Below are positions 1 through 14,258 of a stretch of 64,000 nt of DNA, one piece after another (position 1 is the stretch's first letter; the number at the start of each line of letters is the position of its first letter). The DNA is from Ylistrum balloti. Taxonomy: Eukaryota. The stretch lies in NCBI RefSeq assembly GCF_031769215.1, contig NW_026781952.1, forward strand, positions 124,001 through 188,000. Reading direction: 5' to 3'. The position numbers and the translations under genes are program-made. The notes beneath the pieces were generated by a model that was not told the origin of the DNA, searched no databases, and saw only the letters and a program-made list of their open reading frames with translations.

Positions 1-3000
1 TACGTTTTACATTTTTGGCTGTGGATGCAAAAGTGTTGCCATTGGTAGCTGATATCAATAAATCACAGCCATCTTTATCAGGAATTCTGGGAGGGTTGAC
101 AGAAATAGTTAACACTGTCAACAGCCGACCCTACATGTCAGCACACAAAGCTGAGAGGGCTGTAGAACTTTTGCTTTGTTTTGTGTCTGAACTTGGAACA
201 CTCACAGGTAAACCTTTAAACATTTCTTACTAATTTAACCTCCCCAAAATAACAACTAGAAGTCTTAAGAATTTATTTATTTCCATAATAAACAAACACT
301 CCTAACCAATATTTCCCCCCAAAAATCTGGAAGTTTTAAAGAATTATTTATTTTCTTTATGTGTTTATATCAGCTGTTAGTTCAAATCGAAGGAATTTAA
401 AGAATATATAGTTAAAAATGATAAGTTATGAAGAAATCTATTAATTATGTATATCCATTATAACAGACAAGGATGAATTGTGTGGCATTGTACAGAAAGC
501 ACTAGCAAGTTGTCATGGAGAACTACTATTATTTATACAACAGAGGATGACAGGGGGCTGGAGGGAGGTAAGGATGACTGCATCAGCAGATTATTAACTC
601 TGTTTTCTGAAATATTTTGATACAGAAGACGATTACTTTTCTGGAAAACATGGTCTTATTCTCTTATTCTTATTTTGTCCTAGTTGTATTGAACTTAAGT
701 TTGGATTATGATTATGTAGACATGTTGGTATTTTGTTGTTTCTGTCCTAGTTTTATTGAATCTGAGTTTGGATTATGGTTATGTTGATGTGTTGGTATTT
801 TGTTGTTTCTGTCCTAGTTTTATTGAATCTGAGTTTGGATTATGATTATGTTGATGTGTTGGTATTTTGTTGTTTCTGTCCTAGTTTTATTGAATCTGAG
901 TTTGGATTATGATTATGTTGATGTGTTGGTATTTTGTTGTTTCTGTCCTAGTTTTATTGAATCTGAGTTTGGATTATGATTATGTTGATGTGTTGGTATT
1001 TTGTTTTTCTGTCCTAGTTTTATTGAATCTGAGTTTGGATTATGATTATGTTGATGTGTTGGTATTTTGTTGTTTCTGTCCTAGTTTTATTGAATCTGAG
1101 TTTGGATTATGATTATGTTGATGTGTTGGTATTTTGTTGTTTCTGTCCTAGTTTTATTGAATCTGAGTTTGGATTATGATTATGTTGATGTGTTGGTATT
1201 TTGTTGTTTCTGTCCTAGTTTTATTGAATCTGAGTTTGGATTATGATTATGTAGACATGTTGGTATTTTGTTGTTTCAGTCCTAGTTTTATTGAATCTGA
1301 GTTTGGATTATGATTATGTAGACATGTTGGTATTTTGTTGTTTCTGTCCTAGTTTTATTGAATCTGAGTTTGGATTATGATTATGTTGACATGTTGGTAT
1401 TTTGTTGTTTCTGTCCTAGTTTTATTGAATCTGAGTTTGGATTATGATTATGTTGACATGTTGGTATTTTGTTGTTTCTGTCCTAGTTTTATTGAATCTG
1501 AGTTCGGATTATGATTATGTTGACATGTTGTGATTTTATTGATGTTTTCTCACATCTTTTATCCTAAATTTATAAGAATTCTGCTCTTTTATGCTTCACT
1601 AACTGCATATATTAGTTTTCTATATTAGAATATTATGGAAAACCTGGGTGTAGACAGGTCTTGATGGCATGGCTACTCAGTCTCCGATTCACAAGGACTA
1701 TGGCACTGTAGACTCTGAACTCCAAAGCCAAATCCAGCATTAGCATATCACTACAATACTGATACATTATTTCATTTCAGACTAACGACCTTCCAAGCAT
1801 AGAACTCAGTGAAACAGCTGTTGTTGAGGTGACAAGATGTTTCCATGAAAACAGTTCCGTGAGCTGTATCCATCACCTTGTTACAAACTGTATACTGACT
1901 ATGAATGAAGTGTCTGCCCTGTCCAAGGTAAGTTGTCTTCTCAGAGCTTGAGAATGAAATCAGCTGTATATCTCTTACATGTGACTAGTTGTTAATTAAA
2001 GTCGTAACTGCAGATTATATATATCTGCTCAAATTTAATTAGAATATTTGATATATACAAAAAAAATCTTTAAAAATGTTTGGTATGATTAGTAATTCGT
2101 CAAGAGGCTATCTTTTAAAACTTTAAGGAGTTGATGAGGATCACCTATTCAGCATGTTTGCTTTGAATTGATCTTTGCTCAAATATTTCTAATCTCTCTC
2201 CAGTTCTATCGTAGTCTTCACTGAGAACTGTGTCGACCATATTTGATTAGTCAGTTAGAGGTAGTGGACTATGGGCTGCTTGCAGTACTTAGACACAGAA
2301 AGAAAGAATATCATTGTGTTAGTTTTTTGGGTTTTTTAACTGCCAATTAAGATATTTATTTTTAGTATGTTTCGTCTAATGAGATGTGACAGTCTCTGTA
2401 CTTATAAGTAACGAATCCGACAAACATAATTATATGTCAGAATTTTCCCTATGAAATCATACATCTAATTTCTGCTGTTAAATTTAATGGTGTGCAAGGT
2501 ACTCAATTCTGCTCTGATCTGGAAAATAAATCTTTGCCAATTCACATGTGGACAATTTCCTATCTATATCAAATAACATCCAAATTGGTTTACAATTTTG
2601 ATAAATTGATAAAATTATTTTAGACATTACTGAAACTTAAAGGATCTTAAGGATTTAAAATTTTCACCTACATAAATATTCTGATGAAATGGAACACCAT
2701 GATTCTCAAATTTCTGCATACCCATAGGTGAGTATGGAAGGGCAGATTCAGTTGGTAGGGGCAGGAGCAGTCCTTGGTGCAGTAGCCAGTGTTTACACTG
2801 TCCCTTGGCAAGACCTAACACCACACCAGCAGGCCCTGATAGAAGACATACTCTGTTATACACAGAAAGCTGACATTACAGTCTCTCTCACTCGACCATT
2901 GATGGTAGAGAGGTGGGTAAACAATCTGTAGACTGAGAGAACTGTACTGTAGAAGAATAATCTTAGAGTCGTCAGGATAATAGTGAGCAGTCTGGCTTAA

Positions 3001-6000
3001 TTACTCAACTGATACAATTAACAGGATTTTTTAAACATCATGTGGAGTCATAAAGAGAACTCATATTAATTTCATATTTAATGCACTTGCAAAAATTCAG
3101 TACAGGTTATTTCATGTCCCTGGACAGCAGAGTTTAAAGCCAGGAGTTGTTAGAGGTATTTCATTGTTAAGCCAAGTCTGGAGTTGTTAGAGGTATTTCA
3201 TTGTTAAGCTAAGTCTGGAGTTGTTAGAGGTATTTCATTGTTAAGCTAAGTCTGGAGTTGTTAGAGGTATTTCATTGTTAAGCTAAGTCTGGAGTTGTTA
3301 GAGGTATTTCATTGTTAAGCTAAGTCTGGAGTTGTTAGAGGTATTTCATTGTTAAGCTAAGTCTGGAGTTGTTAGAGGTATTTCATTGTTAAGCTAAGTC
3401 TGGAGTTGTTAGAGGTATTTCATTGTTAAGCTAAGTCTGGAGTTGTTAGAGGTATTTCATTGTTAAGCTAAGTCTGGAGTTGTTAGAGGTATTTCATTGT
3501 TAAGCTAAGTCTGGAGTTGTTAGAGGTATTTCATTGTTAAGCTAAGTCTGGAGTTGTTAGAGGTATTTCATTGTTAAGCTAAGTCTGGAGTTGTTAGAGG
3601 TATTTCATTGTTAAGCTATTCCTTTGTTGCTTTGAAGGCCAATTATTCCAGGGTCATAGTCATAATTTCTGAAAATCTAGAGTGCTATAGAATAATTCCA
3701 ATTGGACTGTGAACAGTTGTTTCAAAGTGCCATAAGTTACATGAAACACCTTAAAAGGATTATTTAAATTATCAGATGTCATGGAGGATCATGATACAGT
3801 GTTGACTAAAATAAGGAATCTCAAGCCCTAGGGCAACAGAACTTGAAGTCTGAGCCTGTAAGAGGAACTACATTTACCAGTCAAGCTGATTTATCATTTC
3901 TTTGAAAACCAAAAAAAGCAAAACCAAAAACCATTTTATTTCCATTACTTCTTGACAGTCAATGCTACCTGTTATATGATAATATGTATATAATTTTGTT
4001 TGTCTGATATTTTCAAATGATCTGTTGGTATTTACTGAAGTCGTGAAGAATGGGGTCGGTTCTCATCCAAGTTCTTGTCATCCCAATGGAGGGTTCAACT
4101 GCTGTACTTGGAACTTGGGCGAACTCTTCACCGCCCTGCTTCCACCTTGTTGGACCTGTGTCTGGAGTGTCTATCCCTAACCAAGGCAGAAACTGTCCTT
4201 GTGGTGCTACAATGTATCAAACTACTCCTGCCTCAGGTGAGTCTGTGTCAATTTATGTCTACCTCTGATGAGTCAAGTAAGCTCTACCTCTGACGAGTCA
4301 TTATCAAGTTAGCTCTACCTCTGATGAGTCAATATCAAGTAAGGTTTACCTCTGATGAGTCAGTATCATGTAAGGTCTATCTCTAATGAGTCAGTGTCAA
4401 GTTAGCTCTACCTCTGGGGAGTCATTATAAAGTAAGCTCCACCTCTGATGAGTCAATATCAAGTAAGGTTTACATCTGATGTGTCAATATCAAGTAAGCT
4501 CCCTCTGTGGGGAGTCGATATCAAGTAAGGTCTACCTCTGTTGAGTCAATAACAAGTTAGCTCCATCTGTGGGGAGTCAATATTAAGTAAGCTTTACCTC
4601 TGGGTAGTCAATATCAAGTTAGCTCCACTTCTAAGGAGTCAATATTGTGTTGTCAACTCATAAGTTTTAATGTTTTAAGATTTAGCTTGAAGTTAGATAA
4701 CACAATATGTCTCCATATTTTGCCACCAATGGCTTCAATTCTCATTTCTAATTAGTAATGATTAGTACTTAATTAAATGTTGATTTCTGATCGTTATCTG
4801 CTTTAACTACAGGTAATAAGTGAGGGATCAATAGCCAAGGTGATAGAAACCCTAGAGTTGGCCTGGGCAATGACCCAGGAGGACACAAGAGGTACTGCTT
4901 ATCTCACAATCATGACTGAATTCATCAACATGGCCTTCCAACCAGCTCTGGTTTCACTCCCAGAGGACTCGCTCATCATCCAGAAGCTTGTACAGGTAAA
5001 AATAGATCTAGTTACAGATGTTTCTTAAATCAGGATAGAATTGTGTGTAAAAAAGAAAAATAGAAAATATGATATGCCAGATATGGGATTCTTATCTGGG
5101 ACTACAGAATACCATAAGGACACCTTGAGTGACTAGATCCTTATAACCAAATATTGAGAAATGGATGTTTACCAATGTCCTTTCACATTGCAGTATGCTG
5201 ATGTATTGTTGGAGCTTGGGGAAGGAAAGATTGGATTGTTCCAACTACTAGCATCTCACCTCTGTAATCTTTGGACAGATGCCAAATTGCTTCCTCACAT
5301 GGCCAAGTTCTACTCCATAATGGTCTCCTGCTGTCTCTATGGCACAATACACAAACGACAAGAAAAGTAGGTCACATGTTGGAAAACAGAAGTGGGTCAC
5401 ATATTTAGATCTCCTGAAATACATTCCTCCATAAAGGTAATTTTAATCTGATATTGAGAGACGTATAACATTAATTTATGTTGCAAAGGGAGGTAATTTC
5501 AAATATATTCAGATACAAAATGGTTACCTATAATTACCTAACTCCAATACACAAACCTGTTTCAAGAGTTACTATAAGTTTGTAATATTCAGTGAGATAT
5601 AGGTTTACTATAGTTTTGGTTATTTATGATAATGCAAAATCAAATATCAGGCAAACATATTTAACAGTTAATTAAAACATCAACTTTCCAAACCACACAA
5701 CCACGAAGTTAAATGGTCATACAGTGATACTTGACATTGTTGAATTAAAATTGAAAGGAAACTATTAGAAATAAGTTATTGATGTTAATTGAATACAAGA
5801 AGTAGATTATTTTTTAATATATCGGACAAGAAATCCATGGGATAACACATGGCAAGTTTTACTTCATTAGGGATTTGGGCTTATTGCAGGTAGTGATCAA
5901 TCATATGTTTTCATTTCTATTAGAACTGCAGCAGATGTGACTAGATTTATTACCAGACATGATTATATTGATGGATAAATAAAATATTAATTCATTCAGA

Positions 6001-9000
6001 TGATGCATGTACCAATTTAAACCCCATAACTCAATATAATATTTATTCGATATTATTATATTTTGTATTTTTTAAAATTTTATTTCATATCATTAATATT
6101 TAATATAATAATATGGCCTGAACTTTCCATGTGAGAGACAGAAACTCCCGAGTGTCGCCCAAATTTCCAACATCTTAATCATGTGAGATATTTTACAGAC
6201 AGACGATGGAGTTAAACGCATACATCCAGGATCTAGGCAGCAGTTGTTCTGTGAACCAAGTCATGAAAAGGTATTGCAATGTTATAATAAAATATCAAAA
6301 TTAATTGTTTTTGAGCTTGTTTAAGATTAGAGATAAATTAAATTAACTTGTATCTGGGGATCAATAAGTTTGTTAAATTGTTCACAAAGTATGCTGTTTT
6401 TTCAATGCATTTGTTTCTTATATAACTGTAGAAAGTAATTACAGAAATGAACATTGGTGTGCTGAGATGTTTCATTGAATTAAATCACAGTGTGAAAATA
6501 TGTAAATAAATCTACACTCAGTCATTTCTGTTGCCAATTCAAAAATGTTACCAGTAGCATTAACATATGGTTTGAATGTAAGTCTCTTTCTTCAGTACCA
6601 CATGAGTGATACCTGTGACCTTTAAACCTGTGACCGTCAAACTCGTGACCTTCAAACTTGTGACCTTCAAACTATCTTTCCACAGCATTCCGACGGATAT
6701 ATCTGTAAGAGGATGGGTAATTTCCTTGTTACTACACTTCCAAACAGATAGCCCCGCCCACACTGCAGTGGTGCAGGGATTGATGGATACAATGATTGAC
6801 AGGTACAAGGAAATGACTTCAGCTCACAAAGGCACTACATTCCCAAATTCCATGGCTCATCGTCAGAAAAACCGTGCTTTCCAATTCTTTGTAATGTTGG
6901 AACCCTTCATTGTGCAGGTAAAATAAGCAATATATTGGGAAGCGGTTAAATATATATTTTAGTTGTTTTATTTGTGTACTTCCTTAGGGATAGAATTAGT
7001 GTCTGTCATTTCTTCTTTTTCATCTATTCTTCATTACTGTCATAAAGGGCATCAGACCATTGTTGGATCAGATCCATGAAATCTACCTCATACATCCTGT
7101 CAATTTTTCTGTATAGCATGTCCTTTTATCATAGCCAGCAAGAGTGATGAGAAGTTGATGAAGTTTGTTGATGAAGTGTTGTAAAATAGATGAAAGTTTT
7201 TAACAAAACTACCAGATTTGTTGTATCAACCTGGTAGGACATTCTGGTGGTCAGATTGAATGGTTTTGATGTTGAAAATAACAGGGATGAAAAACCCATT
7301 CAAAAGGTTTTTGCATTTAGTGACAGCTTTCTGATTTGTCAAAATTTGAATGTAGTTTTGATCGATTTTGTATGAAGACACATAATGATTCATTAAACTC
7401 TATCAACCTTCTGATAGAATCATTTAACTATTTACACACATCATCAGAATTCAGACACCACAGTGTTTTTACAAAACATTATTAACATGTTCTTGTTAAA
7501 ATGATAACTTGTTAATAGTCTTGGTTTCTTGAATATCATATTTTTGGATATAAGTATTCTGAAAAGTGAGTTTGAAGGATAATTATATATTACAGGAAAA
7601 TGTGGATAGGATGTGGAAGATGTGTAGAGATGTAATGGGACAGCCGAACCAGCCTTCCATCCGTAATCTGGTACAGTGGCTGATGCTCCGTCTAATCCTT
7701 AGGTTTGACTACCTTCTGGATAAACTCATCTGTATGTTTGTAGATGTAAGTATTTCATTAATGATTTAAGTTTTATGGTTCTTACAATAAATTGTATCTA
7801 TTTACAAAGTTTGGGTGCAGAGGGTGGAAGTGGGGGGGGGGGGGGGGGGGGGGGGAACAGTGGCAGTGGAATAGTTCCTCTGACTAGGACCTCTGACTGT
7901 CTTTATCACTTGCCCTCCACGTCTGAGTTCAGTCGATGGTTTTTCTTCAGGAACTTGACATTTCCTCCAACACCTAAACCTGCAAATCCTAAAGTGACCC
8001 AGGTGTTAATAGAACCTAAAGCAACAATAAACCAAACCAGCCTTTACATTAGTGACAGTCAGTAAAGCTGAAGAATGTTATATGTAGTGTAGCAAACACC
8101 CGTATCACTAAGACAAATTACAGTTGATATTAATGTCATTCGTATTATTGTCATGTTATTTCAGTTGAATGAGTAATATGTAATGTAGCATACACCCTTA
8201 ACTCTAACATGAATCACAGTTGATATTAATGTTATTCATATTATTGTCGTGTTATTTCAGTTAGATGAGTAATATGTAATGTAGCATACACCCTTGACTC
8301 TAACACGAATCACAGTTGATATTAATGTTATTCCTGTTATTGTCATGTTATTTCAGTTGGATGAGTAATATGTAATGTAGCATACACCCTTAACTCTAAC
8401 ACGAATCACAGTTGATATTAATGTTATTCCTGTTATTGTCATGTTATTTCAGTTGGATGAGTAATATGTAATGTAGCATACACCCTTAACTCTAACACGA
8501 ATCACAGTTGATATTAATGTTATTCCTGTTATTGTCATGTTATTTCAGTTGGATGAGTAATATGTAATGTAGCATACACCCTTAACTCCAACACGAATCA
8601 CAGTTGATATTAATGTTATTCCTTTCATTGTTGTGTTATTTCAGTTGGATGAGAAAAACACAGTAGTAATATGCAGTCTACTTTGTACACTAGCCTTATT
8701 GGGACCACACCTCACAGAGAGCAAACAGGTATGCCAGATCATAGTATGGTATGGTCTCTGTCCACAATAGTTTTAGACAAAATTTTTAAAACTTTTATAT
8801 CACAGAATGATAGTATGTGCCCTATACACAAAAACCAATAAAAGGCAACTCAAGGGATCAAAATAGAAAAGAATTTCAAAAATAACCCTCAAAGAGATGA
8901 ACACTTTGCATGATGAGTAGTCAGCTGTTATGATATATGCTCTGAATCATACACCCTAAGACTTTCGTTAATATCACTTACCCAAAGGTGAAGGTCATAA

Positions 9001-12000
9001 ATCAAATATCGCTTTTATTAAACTATCGCTAAAATGTACGCTACAATGTGGTCCTTTGTATTATTCTTTCCTGCTGCTTTATAGAAGTAGTTCTCTACAA
9101 CAGCTACAATATAAATACTGTGAAGTGTATGTGACATTTTTGTCATTCTCTACATCTGTAGACACAATACTACATGTTGAACTCTCGAATGTTTGTAGAC
9201 ACAATACTACATGTTGAACTCTCGAATGTTTGTAGACACAATACTACATGTTGAACTCTCGAATGTTTGTAGACACAATACTACATGTTGAACTCTTGAA
9301 TGTTTGTAGACACAATACTACATGTTGAACTCTCGAATGTTTGTAGACACAATACTACACCTCAGCAGTGTCAGCAGTACTACCCTGGTGTATGGCACAC
9401 CACTTCAATACAAGGATTCATGCCCAAGTTGCCATGATGAAAATGTGGTCCCAATGTCACACATTAGGTATTAGCCAGGTCCTCACCTCCTTTCCATTCC
9501 TTGACTCAGTTTCACGTTTCATTGAGGAGAGCAAGTAAGGCTTTGTTTATCATGTAATGCACCTATTTAGGTAAAATACTTTTTAAAATACCAGTTTTCA
9601 TGGTTGGGACTAATTTATAGGATTGCAACATTGTACAATGCTGCCTTGTTAAAATTTTGAGACTAAGTAAGAAAACATGTTTATCCAATTTTGTTTATAC
9701 ACAATGTATATATTTACAGGCACTTGTGAATTAAAGAAGATTATAGCTTTAATATTTGCTTGGTATTTTATTGAAAGTTTGGTGTAATTTTAATAAACTA
9801 GAATGAAGTGGAATCATTAAAAAACTATGCTGTGTATTCAAAATAAGGGTCCAGTGATGATGGAAATGGGGCACAAAACCCTTGTGCTGTTCTGCTTCAA
9901 GTTACATATATAAAGGACACAAAAATTAAGCATCATAAATATAGGTGATTTTTTCTGACATTAAAATAAATGAAGCTTGACACTCCTTGATCACTGTTTT
10001 ATCACCAATGTATGCACAATTACTTTTCCATAACAATTAGTGTGGCAAGATATCATGTAACACAGGCTTACAATCAAAGAGTATTTTCATTGAAAGTCTG
10101 TGTAGACTTAACACCATATCAGTCAACAAATTTTGTGGTTATTCTAAATGTCCTGTCATTTTGTTTCCTGTTTTAAAAATTGGTTAACATGAGAAGTCAC
10201 ATGACAGCTGCAGATGCTGTCGGAGCAAGCAGGACATTTACAACAAACTGGCTGCACACTTCAATGTGTCACATAGTGTCTTTTCTTGATTATAGAATCG
10301 GTTCTAGATGAAAAAAGGTGATTCCCAATTTTTGTGCACAGTATAGTTTAATTGACGATATTAAGAATTATAATATAGAATGTTAGATATTTCATTACAT
10401 CATTTAGAATATAGTTAATACAAAGTACTAAATATTCTATTGTGAAGTTTACATACTTGATATTAGATGTTTATTTATAACTTGTTCTGTTTACAGAAAC
10501 TACAATTCTACAAAAAATCTCACCAAACTGACAGAAAACTTTTTCATGAAGGATTTTGACTTTGAACGGGACTTCAGTATCGAGGTAAAAACTCTTTTAT
10601 ATAGCTGAAGATGAACTCCTAGCCATTAAACTTTTTCATTTATGTATTTTAAATCTGTAAATAAATAAATCTGCCCATATTTTGAATTCTTTTGGAAATG
10701 ATGAATATCCTATAAAGTTTGCCCTTAATTAGAATAGTGTTTTGTAAGTTTCTTGTTTCTACTTTCTTTTTTACTTAATGACATCACATCATCTTGGTAA
10801 ATGACAAGATAATCTTCAAATACACTCTGTTTGATGTTCATATTTGTTTTTAATCTATCAACAGTGTTATTTGATGACACACTATATAACATGTGTAACT
10901 TCTCTATGGAAATTGTAGGAAAGTTATAAGGACAATGTCCTTTTAAAAAAAACCTAGATATATGATTTTGATTGTATAAATTGCTGTCTTGTTATGGATT
11001 TGAGGTACCAAGTTAGTAAATGAACACATTTCGTAATGTATACCAGGAAATTTTCACCCTCAAATGTTTGCTGTTTTTTGTCCATGACAGGAAGTGAATT
11101 TAAGATGGAGGCAAGAATTTGTTGCAATTTATAAAACCTTTTGATGTCTTGAATATCCTAAGGTGAAATCAACATGAGGCAAATTCATGCATAATGGTAC
11201 AGGGACAAAAATATCCCCAAACATTTCTCAAAACACACCTGTATACCTGTATTTTGGAACAGATAGTTTCCTTCCTATAAGCCCAGAGTGTGACATACAT
11301 CTTGTTATATATGTTGTTGTAGACTATTTTCCACACTCTACCTCGTCTAGCCTGTCTCATGGATGACGAGTGGATACAACCCCAGACATTCCTGGAGGAC
11401 GGAGCTACAAAGGAAACTAAACCCTGGATACCTGTCCTTAACCCGGCGAACTTGCTGGCAAGCTCTGAGGCTGGCACTTGGAAAATAGCACAAAATAGTA
11501 AGAACTGTGGAAATGTTGTCTAAAAATTGAAATTTGATGGGTAGCTTAAGGTAGGCTTAACAACATGTGTTTACTCAGGAGATATCATGTCATTTATCAA
11601 AATTTGATATAGTGCCTATTGTTTACACTAAAACCTAGATGTATTGTCTATATATTATATCTATAATATGGGACGAACATTCCATGTAATAAATGGAAAA
11701 TGATAGTAAGGGGGCTGTGGTGGCTAAGTGGTTAAGGCATATCACCATCTTTATCACTAGCCCTCCACCTCTGGGTCACAGGTTCAAGGCCTAAGAGGGA
11801 CAGTTGCAAGGTCAGTGGTTTTTTCGAGGAACTCGGGCTTTCCTCCAACACCAGAACTTGGCAAGTCTTTAAATGACCGTAGCTGTTAATAGGACTTAAA
11901 GCAACAATGAACTGTTATATATAATTATAGTTATGTCTAAATGTATTCTTACTATATAGCCATTGAAATCTGCTCCAAATAGTGGCAGACACTAACAAAG

Positions 12001-14257
12001 TTTGACTGTACTAAATGTTGTATCACAGCCAGAGCTCCTGTTTAGCTTGCACTCATTGTTTGATGTATGAATGTTTTGTTACCCTTTTGACATCATCCTT
12101 TTCCACTGTGACAGATACAGCTGCTGGAGAAGAAGAGGATGAGGAAGAGGGCGGAGACTTTCAGAAGAAGATCATGCCATGGCGAATGATGACACCTGAT
12201 GAAGAAGCACAAGAAGAACTTGACTTCTGTAAGAAGCGCCATCAGGCAGGAGGATTAGTCTTGGTTACCTCCCTTATAGAGAAGCTCCCCAACCTTGGAG
12301 GTATGTCAGAGGTCATTAGTGGTGGTTATCACCAATTAAGGTCCTTCCATCTTTACCAGAATGCATTCATTCCTTCAATTATCTTAATGTCATATGCTGT
12401 TGCAGTAGTCATTAAAATCTCATTTTTGCATAATTTGATGTACAGTGGAACTCCAACTCGGATAATGCCATTTAATATACTGTTGAGTATTTCTATGGTC
12501 CAAGCTCAAAATCCTTTTTTATCTTATCAACAAAAGTTTAGAAAATCCAACTCAAAAAACTTGGTTATCCTGAAGTTAAATGTATATATCAGCAGTGCTT
12601 ATCCCACTATATAAAAGTACCTGTTATCCTGCTTATATCACAATGCACAGTCAAGCATAACTTACCTCCACATTTGATACGACAACCTCACTCTGATACT
12701 CTGGCTAATGTTTTCACAGGATCATATATGGCTTTGATATCAATAGAGAAATTAAGAGATTAAATATTGCGGAGTTGTCAAGTGTCACACTTACAGATAT
12801 CTGGCTTTAGGAGTGATGTTTCTTTCTTTTGTGTGAACTGAACTGAAATATCTTCAGCTACATGTCTGGTCTGAAACTGTTTACCACAAGGTCTGTGTTG
12901 ATACACATATTTGATGTAATATGATGGACAAATAAAGAGTTAACTGTTACTATACAATCCTTATGTAATCTTGTTCTGTTTACAGGTCTGTGTCGTACAA
13001 GCGAAATCTTTGGCGTGTCAGAATTTGTTATAGGCAAGATGAAATACCTGGAAGACAAAATGTTTCAGACCCTCAGTGTGACTGCAGAGAAATGGCTGCC
13101 AATCTCTGAGGTAGGAAACTAATAGATAGTCTTTATATTATGTCTCCTGAGAAGATTCTATTGTTTTGTATCAGTCCATTCCATCACGTCGTGTCCCATT
13201 CCGTAGTTGGGAAGGAGGAACATTATTATATGCTTACATGACCATAAAACATCTGAGTGGTATCAATTAAAATACACATTGGTGAGATATCAGAGAAATG
13301 AATAAAAGTGGGTCCGACTGATGATAGAAACCTGGGTGGTCGATGGCACAAATTTCACATTTCTCCAGCAGAAACTGTATAAAGAAATATTAATAACATA
13401 TTGTACAGAATTAAGACATTATATTTACACATTTTATTAGTTTTTATTACATTTGATTGTAGGTTTATAAGACAAAGCTGACAACTTTCCTAGCAGAGAA
13501 GAAGCAGGCAGGTTACACATTAGTAGGAGTGGAACAGACAGCCAATTCAGTCTCCCTAACAGATTTCCAGTTCCCCTTCAAGTCTCTTCTCCTTCTTGGG
13601 TAAGACTGCTTTTTAAAGATGTTTTTAGGGATATTTTCAAATCAGTTAAGATATAGAATTTATAACCTGGCAGGACATACTGTAAACATACTTATTTTGA
13701 TACCATAAAATTATGCAATTTATCACATACTTTTTAGAAAATAAAAACTAGGATGAATTCAAACATCAACAATAATGTTAAATTGCTTTATAAACACATA
13801 CAGAAATAGAGTTAGCGGAGTCATATTTGAAAATTTCATTATGAATAGAGCTGGAAATGATGGGGACAAAATTTATACGTTAACAGTTAGTTAATTGTGT
13901 TGTTCCATCAAAGTCCCTAAAGACACCATGATTTGACCAGTTATTTTAAGACATCCTGAGTATTTTTCAGGTCTCATTCATATGCGAATGTTTTCCCTTG
14001 GTTCACAAACAGGAAATTTGTCGAGCTATTTTTGTATAAATTTCTGTGTAAAGTGACTCTGTAACTGTGTTTTCAGGAATGAGCGTGAAGGTATACCTGT
14101 GGAGCTGATCAATATGTTGGATGTATGTGTGGAGATTCCGCAGCAGGGAATCATCCGCTCACTCAATGTTCATGTCAGTGGAGCGTTACTTGTGTGGGAG
14201 TACCGACGTCAACAATTGGTCAGAGAACAAATTGATTCTCCCGGAGAAGGTCATTGA
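1..14257 (+). CDS. TARBP1: TARBP1/Trm3-like tRNA (guanosine-2'-O)-methyltransferase, SpoU family; 5' end lies upstream of the window; 18 exons seen
   Basis: Phase-consistent GT-AG exons: <1-207, 467-567, 1781-1927, 2728-2912, 4041-4236, 4813-4995, 5194-5366, 6199-6270, 6686-6917, 7596-7745, 8645-8728, 9347-9534, 10497-10584, 11323-11497, 12115-12300, 12986-13110, 13463-13599, 14077-14257 (TGA). C-terminal SpoU domain: [25 protein letters not shown]...[10 protein letters not shown]...LLLLGNEREGIP...[26 protein letters not shown]. Upstream [23 protein letters not shown] and [18 protein letters not shown] match recalled TARBP1 segments. The 5' exons are less certain. Confidence 0.93.
672..1530. 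repeat. Minisatellite, 67-bp unit, about 13 copies (TARBP1 intron)
   Basis: ATGTTGATGT recurs at 781, 848 and 915. Confidence 0.95.
3143..3618. repeat. Minisatellite, 37-bp unit GGAGTTGTTAGAGGTATTTCATTGTTAAGCTAAGTCT, about 13 near-identical copies
   Basis: The unit starts at 3143, 3180 and onward. Confidence 0.97.
4255..4640. repeat. Degenerate minisatellite, about 31-bp unit, starting just after the TARBP1 donor at 4237
   Basis: Variants of AATATCAAGTAAGGTCTACCTCTGATGAGTC recur. Confidence 0.85.
7853..8040 (+). mobile_element. Degenerate second copy of the same SINE family, preceded by a 24-nt poly-G run (7832-7855)
   Basis: It shares TTTATCACT..CCCTCCAC.TCTG, GGTTTT..C..GGAACT, TTCCTCCAACACC and TGTTAATAG.AC.TAAAGCAACAAT with 11710-11912. 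Confidence 0.55.
8090..8653. repeat. 96-bp tandem repeat, about 6 copies, that includes a TARBP1 splice acceptor
   Basis: TTATTTCAG ends at 8164, 8260, 8356, 8452, 8548 and 8644; the last is the real acceptor. Confidence 0.93.
9158..9359. repeat. 37-bp tandem repeat, about 5.5 copies, that includes a TARBP1 splice acceptor and exon start
   Basis: GTAG|ACACAATACTACA recurs with AG ending at 9161, 9198, 9235, 9272, 9309 and 9346. Confidence 0.93.
11710..11912 (+). mobile_element. tRNA-derived SINE with a V-domain-like core
   Basis: A box TGGCTAAGTGG (11721-11731) and B box GGTTCAAGGC (11781-11790), then GGTTTTTTCGAGGAACTCGGGCTTTCCTCC, which resembles the V-SINE core. A related copy lies at about 7853-8040. 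Confidence 0.65.
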
Positions 14258-14258
14258 T

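Noticed and set aside
5924-5978. Candidate TARBP1 exon ([14 protein letters not shown]...)
   Set aside because: It hits an in-frame TAA with no donor; exon 6199-6270 fits the phase and the recalled homology better.
11710-11800. Possible tRNA gene
   Set aside because: A and B boxes are present, but there is no closed cloverleaf or CCA/terminator, and it continues into a SINE core, so it is called a SINE.
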